Positions 20,065-29,240 of a stretch of 64,000 nucleotides of DNA are shown one piece after another. Positions within the stretch are counted from its first letter, which is position 1, and the number at the start of each line of letters is the position of its first letter. The position numbers were made by a program, and so were the translations under genes. The notes beneath the pieces were generated by a model that worked only from the letters and a program-made list of their open reading frames with translations, was not told the DNA's origin and did no database searches. Source of the DNA: Candidatus Uhrbacteria bacterium (GTDB lineage: Bacteria; Patescibacteriota; Patescibacteriia; 2-12-FULL-60-25); the NCBI GenBank assembly GCA_016222815.1, contig JACRQE010000007.1, positions 3,073 through 67,072 of the forward strand. Reading direction: 5' to 3'.

Positions 20065-20640
20065 CTATCGTCTTATCCCCTGTCTCTGGATGCTGGTGAT
20101 CGACCTCAAAGCCCTGGCCAATATCCGGTCCAGATTCTTGTACCCGCTGATGGAAAAAACCTTATAACCTTTGACCCATTGGCCTTCGAAGATAGCCCCC
20201 TCCCCGGTCAAAACTTCCTTGGCGTCCGGAGGAGCTTCGAATAAAAACAAGTGGACGGTTTTTTGGATAGTCCCTGTCTGTCGCCTGAAAGTGAAAGACG
20301 TCCGTCCCAACGGAGCCAGATATTTGAGGCCGGTAAGACCGGTTTCTTCCTTTATTTCGCGCAACGCCGTCTGCACCAAAGTCTCTCCCCTTTCCTGGTG
20401 CCCTTTGGGGAAGGTCCACCGGTTAAACGGGTCTTTGATGAAAAAAATCTCGATATTATGACCCCGCCGGCGGAAGATTATCCCGCCGGCTGAAATCTCA
20501 TGGCTAACCCGAAAGCTAGTTGGCTTTCGGATCGTCAGGCTTGGCCTGCGTTTTGGATGATACGGCCGGCGCGGGTTTCCCTCCGAGGAGTTCAACGGCC
20601 TTATCGAGCTGGGGATCTCTGTTTGCATTGTAGTCTTCAT
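20065..20640 (-). CDS. NUDIX hydrolase (Ap4A-hydrolase-like); start uncertain
   Basis: SAGG, WTFPKGH and Nudix box GHQERGETLVQTALREIKEETG; every candidate start lies inside the upstream S41 gene. Confidence 0.85.
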   Translation of the reverse strand: MKTTMQTEIPSSIRPLNSSEGNPRRPYHPKRRPSLTIRKPTSFRVSHEISAGGIIFRRRGHNIEIFFIKDPFNRWTFPKGHQERGETLVQTALREIKEETGLTGLKYLAPLGRTSFTFRRQTGTIQKTVHLFLFEAPPDAKEVLTGEGAIFEGQWVKGYKVFSISGYKNLDRILARALRSITSIQRQGIRR

Positions 20641-21859
20641 CAGTTATTTCCACTTTGACGTCCGGTTCGATGCCGATCTTGTTGATCGACCTCTCTTTAG
20701 GCGTCAGCCACTCGGCAATCGTTATCTTGACCGAGCTCTTGTCCGGGAACTCTGAATAATCCTGGACCGAACCCTTACCGAATGTAGTCGTGCCCAATAT
20801 CTTGGCTAACCCGTAATCCTGCAGGCACCCGGCCACGATCTCGGAGGCTGAAGCCGAACCCTGGTTGACCAAGACGACGGTCGGGATATCTTTCAACCGT
20901 CCACCAGCCGTTCCGTAATACTCGTCCACGATTTTACCCTGTCTTCGTTCCTTGACCACCACCTGTTCGCCCGTCCATTCTCCGGCCACACTGATGGCGC
21001 GATCCAGATAACCGCCCGGATCGTTCCGCAAATCGATAATCAGGCCTTTGACATTCTTGGTCAGGATTTCATCCACCGCTTTCGTGAACAAGTTGCCCGT
21101 ATCCTGGTTGAAGCTCGTGATTTCCACCAAGGCGATATCGTCATCCAGATATTTCGTCTTGACGCTCTTTACCACTATCACGTCGCGGACAATCACGAAT
21201 TCCTGGGTGTATGGCGTCCGTTTTTCCTTGCCGTTCGCATCCGTTTCCTCCTTGTACCTCCCAATGGTCAAGTTCACCGGCGTACCTTTTTTGCCGCGGA
21301 TGAGCGAGACCGCTTTCTCGACCGACATCCCGGCCGTATCTTGGTTGTCGATTTTGAGGATCAGGTCGCCGGCTTTCAGACCGACCTTCTCAGCCGGATT
21401 ATCCGGAAGCGGTGCAATTATCTGCAACAAATCGTCTTTGATGCCGATTTCAGCGCCTATGCCCTCAAACTTACCTTGCAGCGACTCTTGAAATTGGGTC
21501 GCTGTCTTGGGGTCAAAATAAACCGTGTACGGATCTCCCAATGATGCCGCCAGCCCCTGCATGGCCCCTTGGAACATCTTTTCTTCATCCACCGGTTGTT
21601 CGTAATATTGATCCCTCAACCTCCGCCAAAGCTCCCAAAACTGCTTGAAGTCGGCCGGCGCCATCATGTCTGCCGGCGGATTCGTTCCGACGCCGATCAA
21701 AGTCGCCATCGACGTGCCGCTAGCCGAAGACAGGCCCGCCGCCATCGAACCGTAGGGCTTGCTGACGAACCAGCCGGCCGTGAAAGCGAGGCCCACGGCA
21801 AGTACGAAAGCAATACCTACAAGAGCCGTCCGGAGACGGTTACGGTTTGACGTTTGCAT
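20516..21859 (-). CDS. S41 C-terminal processing peptidase with PDZ domain
   Basis: LGDPYT, GIGAEI, DLRNDPGG, SASASEI, TFGKGSVQ, DPQLDKA; start MQTSNR. Confidence 0.95.
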   Translation of the reverse strand: MQTSNRNRLRTALVGIAFVLAVGLAFTAGWFVSKPYGSMAAGLSSASGTSMATLIGVGTNPPADMMAPADFKQFWELWRRLRDQYYEQPVDEEKMFQGAMQGLAASLGDPYTVYFDPKTATQFQESLQGKFEGIGAEIGIKDDLLQIIAPLPDNPAEKVGLKAGDLILKIDNQDTAGMSVEKAVSLIRGKKGTPVNLTIGRYKEETDANGKEKRTPYTQEFVIVRDVIVVKSVKTKYLDDDIALVEITSFNQDTGNLFTKAVDEILTKNVKGLIIDLRNDPGGYLDRAISVAGEWTGEQVVVKERRQGKIVDEYYGTAGGRLKDIPTVVLVNQGSASASEIVAGCLQDYGLAKILGTTTFGKGSVQDYSEFPDKSSVKITIAEWLTPKERSINKIGIEPDVKVEITDEDYNANRDPQLDKAVELLGGKPAPAVSSKTQAKPDDPKAN

Positions 21860-21866
21860 AATTGCG

Positions 21867-21895
21867 ATGATAGGAGAATAATTAAGCCTAGTCAA
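21867..21895 (-). promoter_or_regulatory. Promoter giving a probably leaderless S41 mRNA
   Basis: TTGACT-17-TATCAT, 7 nt before the ATG. Confidence 0.7.
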
Positions 21896-21920
21896 TGACC
21901 CGAAGTCAATTTTTTTCCCC

Positions 21921-23213
21921 ATGCCAAAAATCCCTTTCCATCGGCGCATTTTCCCCTTAATCATCATAATCATATTTTTCGTGGTCGCTCCGATCCTGCT
22001 TTTTTACACAGCCGGTTACCGCTGGAACCCGAAGAAAGGCCAGGTCGAACGAAACGGAACCGTCATATTCGACAGTACGCCGACCGGTGCCGACATCTCG
22101 ATTGACGGCCGTTCAATAGGCCAAAAGACCCCAATCACCATCCAAGATGTCACACCGGGTTTACACAGTTTCAGCTTGTCCAAGGACGGTTACTACGGTT
22201 GGGAAAAATCCTTGGACGTTTACCCGGAAAAAGTCACTTTCATCAACGGTATTTGGCTCTGGAAAAAAGCCGGATCAGCGCTTCTTTATCCCTCGGACGC
22301 CGTCTACCAAGCGCTTTCGCCTGACGGATCCAAGCTGCTGCTCGCTTCGGCTTCACCGACACAAACTGTCATTTACGGTTTAAACGGCGCGATTGTCACG
22401 AGCCTGGCTTTCGCAGAAGAATATAAACCCACGAACGACCTCATCTGGTCCGACAATAGCCGCTATATCCTGTCCGGCGATTCCGGCAATGACTCCCAAA
22501 ATTGGATAATCGATGCCTATGGAACCAACGCGCCAATGAAGCTACTGCCGGGCGATTACCGATGGTCTGGTACTGACCTTGTGGGCAACGACGGCAAGAC
22601 CCAATCCGTGCTCCATACTTCCGACTACAGTCTGGCCCGAAATCCATTAACCGAGAATCTCGTGGATTCCATACCCACAGCCGAAATCCGCCACGCCAGT
22701 GGTACGAACGACCTGGTTTATGTATCCCTTGACCAGCCGAAACGCGGTTTGGTCCTGCCCGAAGGAGATTGGCGGATCGATTCAGTCAGTAAAGACCGAG
22801 CCATCCTGCGCGACGATCACCGCTGGCTTTCGCTGGACTTCAACAAAACCGTGCCCGAGTACCATTCCGCCGACAGCGACCGTTTGCGCCCCATCACCAT
22901 CAAAAAACAAACTTCTTATCTGCTTATCAACGGAACCGAGCTTTCGGTTTGGGACCCTTCCTCTGAACCCGAACTGATCCAGCGCCAAAGCGAAAAGATC
23001 GTGGACGCCGCTTGGCATCGTGAGGGCACCGACATCTTCTTTGCTACTGAACACGCTGTTTTCGCCCTTGGTCTGGATGCACGCGACAGACGGCTGATAA
23101 CCCAACTCGACACTTTCGACCAAGTCCGCGGTTTAGCCGTCGACGGCCAGCGACTGCTTATCCTTGGGGACAAAGGGAGCGAATCAGGCGTCTGGTCTTT
23201 GGACGTGGAATGA
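21921..23213 (+). CDS. Membrane-anchored PEGA-domain protein with predicted beta-propeller
   Basis: TM, then STPTGADISIDG...KTP...PG.H...SKDGY..W (PEGA); SPDG/WSDN repeats. Confidence 0.8.
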   Translation: MPKIPFHRRIFPLIIIIIFFVVAPILLFYTAGYRWNPKKGQVERNGTVIFDSTPTGADISIDGRSIGQKTPITIQDVTPGLHSFSLSKDGYYGWEKSLDVYPEKVTFINGIWLWKKAGSALLYPSDAVYQALSPDGSKLLLASASPTQTVIYGLNGAIVTSLAFAEEYKPTNDLIWSDNSRYILSGDSGNDSQNWIIDAYGTNAPMKLLPGDYRWSGTDLVGNDGKTQSVLHTSDYSLARNPLTENLVDSIPTAEIRHASGTNDLVYVSLDQPKRGLVLPEGDWRIDSVSKDRAILRDDHRWLSLDFNKTVPEYHSADSDRLRPITIKKQTSYLLINGTELSVWDPSSEPELIQRQSEKIVDAAWHREGTDIFFATEHAVFALGLDARDRRLITQLDTFDQVRGLAVDGQRLLILGDKGSESGVWSLDVE

Positions 23214-23220
23214 CCGATTT

Positions 23221-23274
23221 TTGACAAAATTCTGAAACCGACCGAAGATACGGCCGGTTCTTTCAACAAAGGAG
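23221..23274 (+). promoter_or_regulatory. Promoter, boxA-like motif and SD of orphan cassette B
   Basis: TTGACA-17-GAAGAT (weak -10), GTTCTTTCAACA at 23257-23268, GGAG at 23271. Confidence 0.55.
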
Positions 23275-23281
23275 AAATCCC

Positions 23282-23764
23282 ATGAGCGACGGTTTGACTG
23301 ATGCGAATCGCTCCACCCAGGCAGCGGAACGTCGCTGCATGCTGCTCCGCTCCGTCGTCGAGTGTCTCGAGGGATGGGACGATGAGACAAAGCGCCAGAC
23401 AGCCGCGAACGACGTCGTGGCTTTCTATCAGGCGCTCGTCAACTTAAACGCCGGCCTTGATCGCGAAACCGGCGCCCTGATGTTTCTCGATAGTCTGCGG
23501 ACGCAGTATCCGCAATCCTGGGCCGTCCTGCTCGCCTTCGCCCTGAAGTACGGCACCGCTTCCGAGGTCGATGCACTCAAAAACCTGTCGCCGTTCAGGG
23601 GCAAAACGCTTGTCATCATGCCCACCAAGCGCCTCAACCTCGCTGATGACCTGATGCGGACCCTGAGGGATCAAGTGGACGATTTGGAAACATTTGATGA
23701 CGATGCACCCGTGTTGGTAGTCCTGGACCTCCACGTCGAATCAGCCTTCAATCTGAGATACTGA
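23282..23764 (+). CDS. Hypothetical protein (160 aa, orphan cassette B)
   Basis: AAAGGAG SD, own promoter, downstream hairpin; no family recognised. Confidence 0.7.
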   Translation: MSDGLTDANRSTQAAERRCMLLRSVVECLEGWDDETKRQTAANDVVAFYQALVNLNAGLDRETGALMFLDSLRTQYPQSWAVLLAFALKYGTASEVDALKNLSPFRGKTLVIMPTKRLNLADDLMRTLRDQVDDLETFDDDAPVLVVLDLHVESAFNLRY

Positions 23765-23773
23765 ATCCCGCTC

Positions 23774-23801
23774 GCGGCCCGACATCTCGTCCGGCCGCTT
23801 T
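23774..23801 (+). terminator. Terminator of cassette B
   Basis: GCGGCC...GGCCGC followed by TTT. Confidence 0.55.
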
Positions 23802-23804
23802 GCT

Positions 23805-24212
23805 TTAAAGCGAATTTTTAATTTTTTCCGCCACCGTGGCCGCCTCACCTTCGGCATACGACTTTCCCGGCCAGTGTTTCAACCCGTCTTCAGCGTAGCG
23901 CGGCACGATATGCAGATGGAGGTGCGGGATTACCTGCCCGGCCACCGGACCGCAATTCATCTCCAGGTTGAACGCATCCGTCTCCAAGCCTTTGGTGATG
24001 GCTTCCGCAATCTTGCGCGTCGCAGCCATTAGTTCACGCACCGTTTCTTCCGAAGCGTCCAACAGCTGGACCGTGTGCGCCTTCGGCATGACAAGCGTAT
24101 GCCCCGGATTCACCGGATGGATATCTAAAATTGCGATGACCTTATCGTCTTCGTAAACGATATCGGCCGGCAGATCCTTAGAGATGATTTTGCAGAAAAG
24201 GCAGTCGCTCAT
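23805..24212 (-). CDS. HIT family protein
   Basis: DCLFCKI, PGHTLV, AGQVIPHLHLHIVPR. Confidence 0.96.
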   Translation of the reverse strand: MSDCLFCKIISKDLPADIVYEDDKVIAILDIHPVNPGHTLVMPKAHTVQLLDASEETVRELMAATRKIAEAITKGLETDAFNLEMNCGPVAGQVIPHLHLHIVPRYAEDGLKHWPGKSYAEGEAATVAEKIKNSL

Positions 24213-24257
24213 ATGTGTTTAGAGATTAATGGTTATAAGTGAATATACTACATAAAA

Positions 24258-24629
24258 CTACTCCTTCGCCCTATCCATCCAAAGTTCAAAAAACGCAGCC
24301 AACGCCAGAGCTACGCCCACGCCGATGAGCATGTAAGCCGGCCAACCCAAACCGTTGAACCTCGTCAGGATATACGCCAAAGCCGCGGCTAAAAGCGCGA
24401 AAAAGGCCAAAGCGTCCAACACCAAGTGCCAACGCGTCCGCAAACCTTTGACCAAATACACCGCGGTTCCACTGATCGCCAGTGTGCTTAGGCCTATTTG
24501 CGCCAGATCCACGAATGGCGAAACGAATCCCGGGATGAGTTTTTCGACCACGACCAAACCGCCATACCACAAACCCAAAGCTATTCCCGTGTGGACCAGC
24601 AACCGTTTGGAGAATTCGATCAAATCCAT
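24258..24629 (-). CDS. Hypothetical 4-TM membrane protein
   Basis: Four hydrophobic segments; 2 nt downstream of the previous gene. Confidence 0.7.
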   Translation of the reverse strand: MDLIEFSKRLLVHTGIALGLWYGGLVVVEKLIPGFVSPFVDLAQIGLSTLAISGTAVYLVKGLRTRWHLVLDALAFFALLAAALAYILTRFNGLGWPAYMLIGVGVALALAAFFELWMDRAKE

Positions 24630-24631
24630 AT

Positions 24632-26083
24632 TCAGAGCCTATGCCAGGCATTAGCCAATTCTTGGCGGATTATGAACCACCAATCCTCCAGATTGATGGC
24701 TTGGCGACGGAAGGTCAAAGTCGCGCGCCGGACATCCACAGCCGCCGACCGCGTCAGCACTCCCGGCGCCGACAACACGAACCGCAATCTGTCCATGGTC
24801 GGATTAAGCGCGAACCTGAAATCCGATCTCAACCAATCGCCATCGAGCTTTTCCGGTTGTCCATAATCCGTCAGGACCGCTTCCGTGTTTTCGGCTTTAA
24901 GGTCAGTCGAATCCGTCATGCGCCGCGGTTTAGGTTCGAAAAAAGCGTCTTCCGAAAAAGCGAAGTATCCATCGCCCACGATCCTGACGTCGCCTTGCGG
25001 CGCCCTGAGTTGCACGGTCTTTTTGCCGTCTCCGCGATCCATCCTGATGGTCGAATGTGTCCGCTTCAGCCATGATGAGCTGTCGCCGAAAAAAATCTGC
25101 TGCAGGCCTTCTTTGTGGAAAGTCTCAAGCACGATATGCCGCGAATTGGTATAGGCAAGACCTTCGTATGTCGTGGTCGCGAATCCCACCACATCGCCGA
25201 ACACCAGCCTCGGACCCACGACCCAGCGCCGGCTCGTCGTCTTGATGCCGCGGATGAACACATCATCGCTCGCCACAAAAGATATCCGGTAGACGCACGA
25301 TTTGGCTTGCGGAACTCTTATGGCGTGCGTAATCGTCTTTCCCATGCGTCGATCCTGGCTGCCGGAAATGCTGAACGCATCTTGTTTGATTTCCTCATCC
25401 GCGCAGAAAACGCGGAACGCCGCCAAGTCCTCATTCACGCTCCGGTTAGCGGCTTGGAGCGAGAATGTCACGTCCAAATCAGCCGTTGGGACGAAGAAGA
25501 AATCATGCGAACCGCGCAAAGAAAGCGTCCAATCCCTTTCCGGTCCAGTCTCATCCTGCATGCTCGGTGAAGTGCTCGACGAATTCCAAACCGCCAATCC
25601 TTGCGTGTCCTGGTCAGCCAATCTCGTCGCTGGGACTCCCCGCCTCACGTAGCCCTCCCGTCCTGAAGCCGATCCCTTGATCCACTCCCCGTTCTCGAGC
25701 TGGCTCGAATACAGTGGATGCATCTCGAGCATCTTGCCCTCCGGGTCATGGACCAATCCGAATTCCAAAAGAGGCTGATTCATCGGCCGATATTCCAACG
25801 ACACCTCCACGCTTTCATAAGGACCAGGGACCAAAGCCGAAAAATACACCGGATCATCCGTAATCCTTTGGCCGACCCAACCTTCTGGCTGCAATCCCGG
25901 TTTCGAAGCCCTTTCGCCTGGCAAAAATGGATTGATCCAAGGGCTACCTCCGTCCAATATGGCTGATGTCTGGAAAATCCCTGAAGGCGGAAACCTCAAC
26001 AACGCCAACCAGACCGCAGCTGATCCAGCCAGGACCCAAGGGATGGTCAAAAATGCATATGCTAGGGGCTTTGGGATGGTCAT
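24632..26083 (-). CDS. Hypothetical membrane-anchored extracellular protein
   Basis: N-terminal TM and beta-rich body; ATGA overlap with the upstream gene. Confidence 0.75.
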   Translation of the reverse strand: MTIPKPLAYAFLTIPWVLAGSAAVWLALLRFPPSGIFQTSAILDGGSPWINPFLPGERASKPGLQPEGWVGQRITDDPVYFSALVPGPYESVEVSLEYRPMNQPLLEFGLVHDPEGKMLEMHPLYSSQLENGEWIKGSASGREGYVRRGVPATRLADQDTQGLAVWNSSSTSPSMQDETGPERDWTLSLRGSHDFFFVPTADLDVTFSLQAANRSVNEDLAAFRVFCADEEIKQDAFSISGSQDRRMGKTITHAIRVPQAKSCVYRISFVASDDVFIRGIKTTSRRWVVGPRLVFGDVVGFATTTYEGLAYTNSRHIVLETFHKEGLQQIFFGDSSSWLKRTHSTIRMDRGDGKKTVQLRAPQGDVRIVGDGYFAFSEDAFFEPKPRRMTDSTDLKAENTEAVLTDYGQPEKLDGDWLRSDFRFALNPTMDRLRFVLSAPGVLTRSAAVDVRRATLTFRRQAINLEDWWFIIRQELANAWHRL

Positions 26084-27675
26084 GGTTGTGGTTCGATGTC
26101 CATATCCGGTTCGCTCGTTACCGGCAACAACGTCACTTCGTACAAAGTCTGGTTTTTGGTCGCCAAGACCGGATTCAGGTATAAGCCGCGCTCAGCCATA
26201 TCTTGGATTTTTTCCGGACCGTACGTGGTATCGAACAACAACACACTGTCCGAATAGTACGCCGCCAAATCTTTCAACCTTTCATCGTCCGGCACAGGCG
26301 TCACGGCGCGCATGACCGGGAAGAATATCTTGTCGCTCCGTTCCGAGACTACGATGGCATTGCGGCCGTAGTTCTTGTACGCGGTTTCACGGATCGTCTC
26401 GTAACGCACTAGTTCCGGCACCGATGAATTCAAACCCTCGTCATCTTTGGAGAACGCGGTCCAGATGCCAAGCGCGACCAGAACTGCCGCCAAAACGCTC
26501 ACGCCCAGCTTTGCCCGATTGCGAGGCAATATCTCGACCAATCTTGCGCTTACAGCCCCGACCGCCAAAGCGAAAAACGGTGCCAGCGGCAAAAGATAAC
26601 GCAAATAAGAATTCCCTACTGATACGATATTATGTCCCACATGGTCTTGGTAAACCGTATTCCCGTAAATCAAGCACAATACAGCTGCGGTCCAGGCGCC
26701 GGCCATGATGGCAATCCTCGAATTTTCTCGTTTTATCCAAAGTACTGTCGCAACCAGCGCCGTAGCCGCCCATGGTCCGAGGATATACACCAGATAATTT
26801 TCCGCGTTATTCAGGACCGCCCGCGGATGGAAACCGAATGGCCAGATACGTCCCGGATTTTGCAGCAAAGCTGTGGCTTCTGCAGACTGTACCGTGACTT
26901 CCGCAGAATCTCGCAGCCAGTAACCGATCATCCATGGCGCACCATAAGTCTTCCATGCCAATAACGCGGTAATGGCCGGGACCACAGCTGACGTAGCCAG
27001 GAACGTCGCTATATTCTTCCAATCATGTCTGCTGAACTTGGATCCACTGCCCGCCACCCAAGCCGCGGCAATCCACACCCCAGCCCAAACGATTTCTGTC
27101 GGACGGATAGCGACTGCCATGCCTGTAAGCAGACCGGCGATGATCAACGCTTTGGTATCAAGTTTTTTCCAAACCAAGAAAGCCGCCCAAAGCATCAGAC
27201 AAACCATGGCCAAATTCGGGAACAGACCGCGGTTCGCATACAAAATGACCATGGGGAATGAAAGCCATGCGGCCACGCCCGCGACCTGCGCCGCAAAACC
27301 AAATCCGCGCATGAATCGCCAAAGTGGATATATGCAGGCGAGCACCAAGCAAGGCGTGAGCAACAACAAGCCGAACTCGCCCAAAAACTTCCAAACCATT
27401 CCGGCTAAAAGTGGCATGCCCAAAAATCCAACCGGTACCAAGGCAGCATCGTGAGTCACGAAGCTCCTCGGGCGTATCCACGGCCCGTCTTTGAGAATAT
27501 TGTCCGGCAACCTGAAACTCCAATCTGTCCCGAATTCCCGCGCCGTCACGGCCACTGCCGTTTCATCCGGTGACAGGTAGATTTGGGGCAAATTTGACGG
27601 AATGACCAAAAAAAGCAAGCCTTGGGCCGTAAAGAGAAAGGCTACGGCTGCGTATTTAGTCCAGCCCATTTTCAT
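26080..27675 (-). CDS. Polytopic GT-C-type glycosyltransferase (PMT/ArnT-like)
   Basis: SPDE acidic motif after TM1, about 12 TMs, AIRP and RYLLP motifs. Confidence 0.65.
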   Translation of the reverse strand: MKMGWTKYAAVAFLFTAQGLLFLVIPSNLPQIYLSPDETAVAVTAREFGTDWSFRLPDNILKDGPWIRPRSFVTHDAALVPVGFLGMPLLAGMVWKFLGEFGLLLLTPCLVLACIYPLWRFMRGFGFAAQVAGVAAWLSFPMVILYANRGLFPNLAMVCLMLWAAFLVWKKLDTKALIIAGLLTGMAVAIRPTEIVWAGVWIAAAWVAGSGSKFSRHDWKNIATFLATSAVVPAITALLAWKTYGAPWMIGYWLRDSAEVTVQSAEATALLQNPGRIWPFGFHPRAVLNNAENYLVYILGPWAATALVATVLWIKRENSRIAIMAGAWTAAVLCLIYGNTVYQDHVGHNIVSVGNSYLRYLLPLAPFFALAVGAVSARLVEILPRNRAKLGVSVLAAVLVALGIWTAFSKDDEGLNSSVPELVRYETIRETAYKNYGRNAIVVSERSDKIFFPVMRAVTPVPDDERLKDLAAYYSDSVLLFDTTYGPEKIQDMAERGLYLNPVLATKNQTLYEVTLLPVTSEPDMDIEPQP

Positions 27676-27758
27676 GTCCCGAATGGTAACACATGTGTTG
27701 CCGCTCCGGTAAACATCTCCCCTACACGGTCAAATGATATTATGTTATGTTATTTGAC

Positions 27759-29225
27759 ATGAAGATTACCCGCAGAATCTTAATTTTTACGTTATTATTG
27801 GCCTGCGTTTTCCCGAACGTATCGCCTAATTCAGCAAAGGCCCAAGAGCTCAATTTGGACCCGGGTTTTGACCCAAACCACGTGCTTGAGGATGAAGACA
27901 TCTTCGACGTCAACGGCATGTCTTATGACCGGATGGTCAGTTTTTTGCGCACCAAAGGCACGCTGGCCGACTACCGCACCCCCGACATAGACGGCGTCCC
28001 GAAAACCGCAGCCGAAATCATCTGGCGCGTCGCCAATTCCTACAAGATAAACCCCAAATACCTGATGGTCCTGATACAAAAGGAGCAATCCCTGGTCGAG
28101 GACCCGCACCCCTCACAGAAACAGTTCGACTGGGCCGCCGGTTACGGTGTCTGCGATTCCTGCAGCATGAACGATCCCGCCATCCAGAATTACAAAGGCT
28201 TCGCTTCGCAGATGGAGTGGGCAGCCAAACAGCACCGTGAAAAATATCTGATCCAGATCTTAGGCAACGGCAAGACCATCGCCGGCAAGGCCCCTGGCAA
28301 ACCCATGAACATCGATGGTGAGATCGTCACCCCGAAAAATAACGCCACAGCCATGCTGTACAGTTACACGCCGCACATCCATGGCAACCTCAACCTATGG
28401 CGCATCTGGCGCCGCTGGTTCAGCCTGGTCTTCCCTGACGGTACAGTTGTTCGCGGCATCCCGTCGGGCAAAACTTACCTGTTGCGGCTGGGACAAAAGA
28501 GACCGTTCGCCTCACCGGTCGTGACCGAATCGTTGGTTGATCCGGAAAAAGCGGTCGAAGTTTCGGACACCGAACTCGACGCATATCCTGACGGTCCTAC
28601 CATCCAGTTCCCCAAGTTCGCCCTGCTTAAAGACCCGAAAAACGCCATCTGGCTCTTGACCGAAGGCGGTCGTCGTCATATCACCGACATGGAGACCTTC
28701 AACAGATTCGGTTTCAATGCTGACGAGATAATCGATGTCCAGGATACCGATCTGCAAGACTACGAAATCCTGCCTCCAATCGACCAAAAGACCGAATTCC
28801 CCCAAGGACGCGTCCTGCAGGATACGGGCGATAAAAGCTACTGGTATGTAGAAGATGACGTAAAACAGCTGATTCCTGACAAGGCTTTTTTGTCGCTGTA
28901 CTTCAGCGGCCGTAACATCAAAAAAGTAAGCTCAAAGGCTCTGGCTAAATATAAGGTCGGCGAAACCTACCGTTTCCACGACGCCGAATTGGTTCGCGGC
29001 ATAAAATCACCGGCGGTCAGCGTCATCCAGGACGGCAAGCTCCGTCCCATACCGAGCGCCGAAGTCTTTGAGACTTTGGGCTGGAAATGGAAAAATGTCG
29101 TGACGGTTCCCGACAACCTTCTTTCGGCGTATCCTGTTGGCGAACCGTTTTCGCTCAATTACGTGGCACCGCCCGAAGCGCCTGCCGTTGACGACACCGT
29201 TGATGCGGTTTTGACCCAAAATTGA
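27759..29225 (+). CDS. Secreted protein: putative lysozyme-like domain plus four ~60-aa C-terminal repeats
   Basis: Signal peptide (AKA-Q), INPKYLMVLIQKEQSL and ATAMLYSYTPH motifs, repeats starting FPDG/FPKF/FPQG/FHDA. Confidence 0.7.
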   Translation: MKITRRILIFTLLLACVFPNVSPNSAKAQELNLDPGFDPNHVLEDEDIFDVNGMSYDRMVSFLRTKGTLADYRTPDIDGVPKTAAEIIWRVANSYKINPKYLMVLIQKEQSLVEDPHPSQKQFDWAAGYGVCDSCSMNDPAIQNYKGFASQMEWAAKQHREKYLIQILGNGKTIAGKAPGKPMNIDGEIVTPKNNATAMLYSYTPHIHGNLNLWRIWRRWFSLVFPDGTVVRGIPSGKTYLLRLGQKRPFASPVVTESLVDPEKAVEVSDTELDAYPDGPTIQFPKFALLKDPKNAIWLLTEGGRRHITDMETFNRFGFNADEIIDVQDTDLQDYEILPPIDQKTEFPQGRVLQDTGDKSYWYVEDDVKQLIPDKAFLSLYFSGRNIKKVSSKALAKYKVGETYRFHDAELVRGIKSPAVSVIQDGKLRPIPSAEVFETLGWKWKNVVTVPDNLLSAYPVGEPFSLNYVAPPEAPAVDDTVDAVLTQN

Positions 29226-29240
29226 TCCAAAAAGCAAACT

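Noticed and set aside
20575..20590. G_GGA_AAC slippery heptamer as an S41-NUDIX fusion signal
   Set aside because: It is phased in the NUDIX frame, so a -1 shift leads out of NUDIX, not into it; fusing a cytoplasmic NUDIX to an exported protease is also implausible.
21860..21973. Upstream extension of the S41 ORF
   Set aside because: Overlaps the divergent PEGA gene and the predicted promoter.
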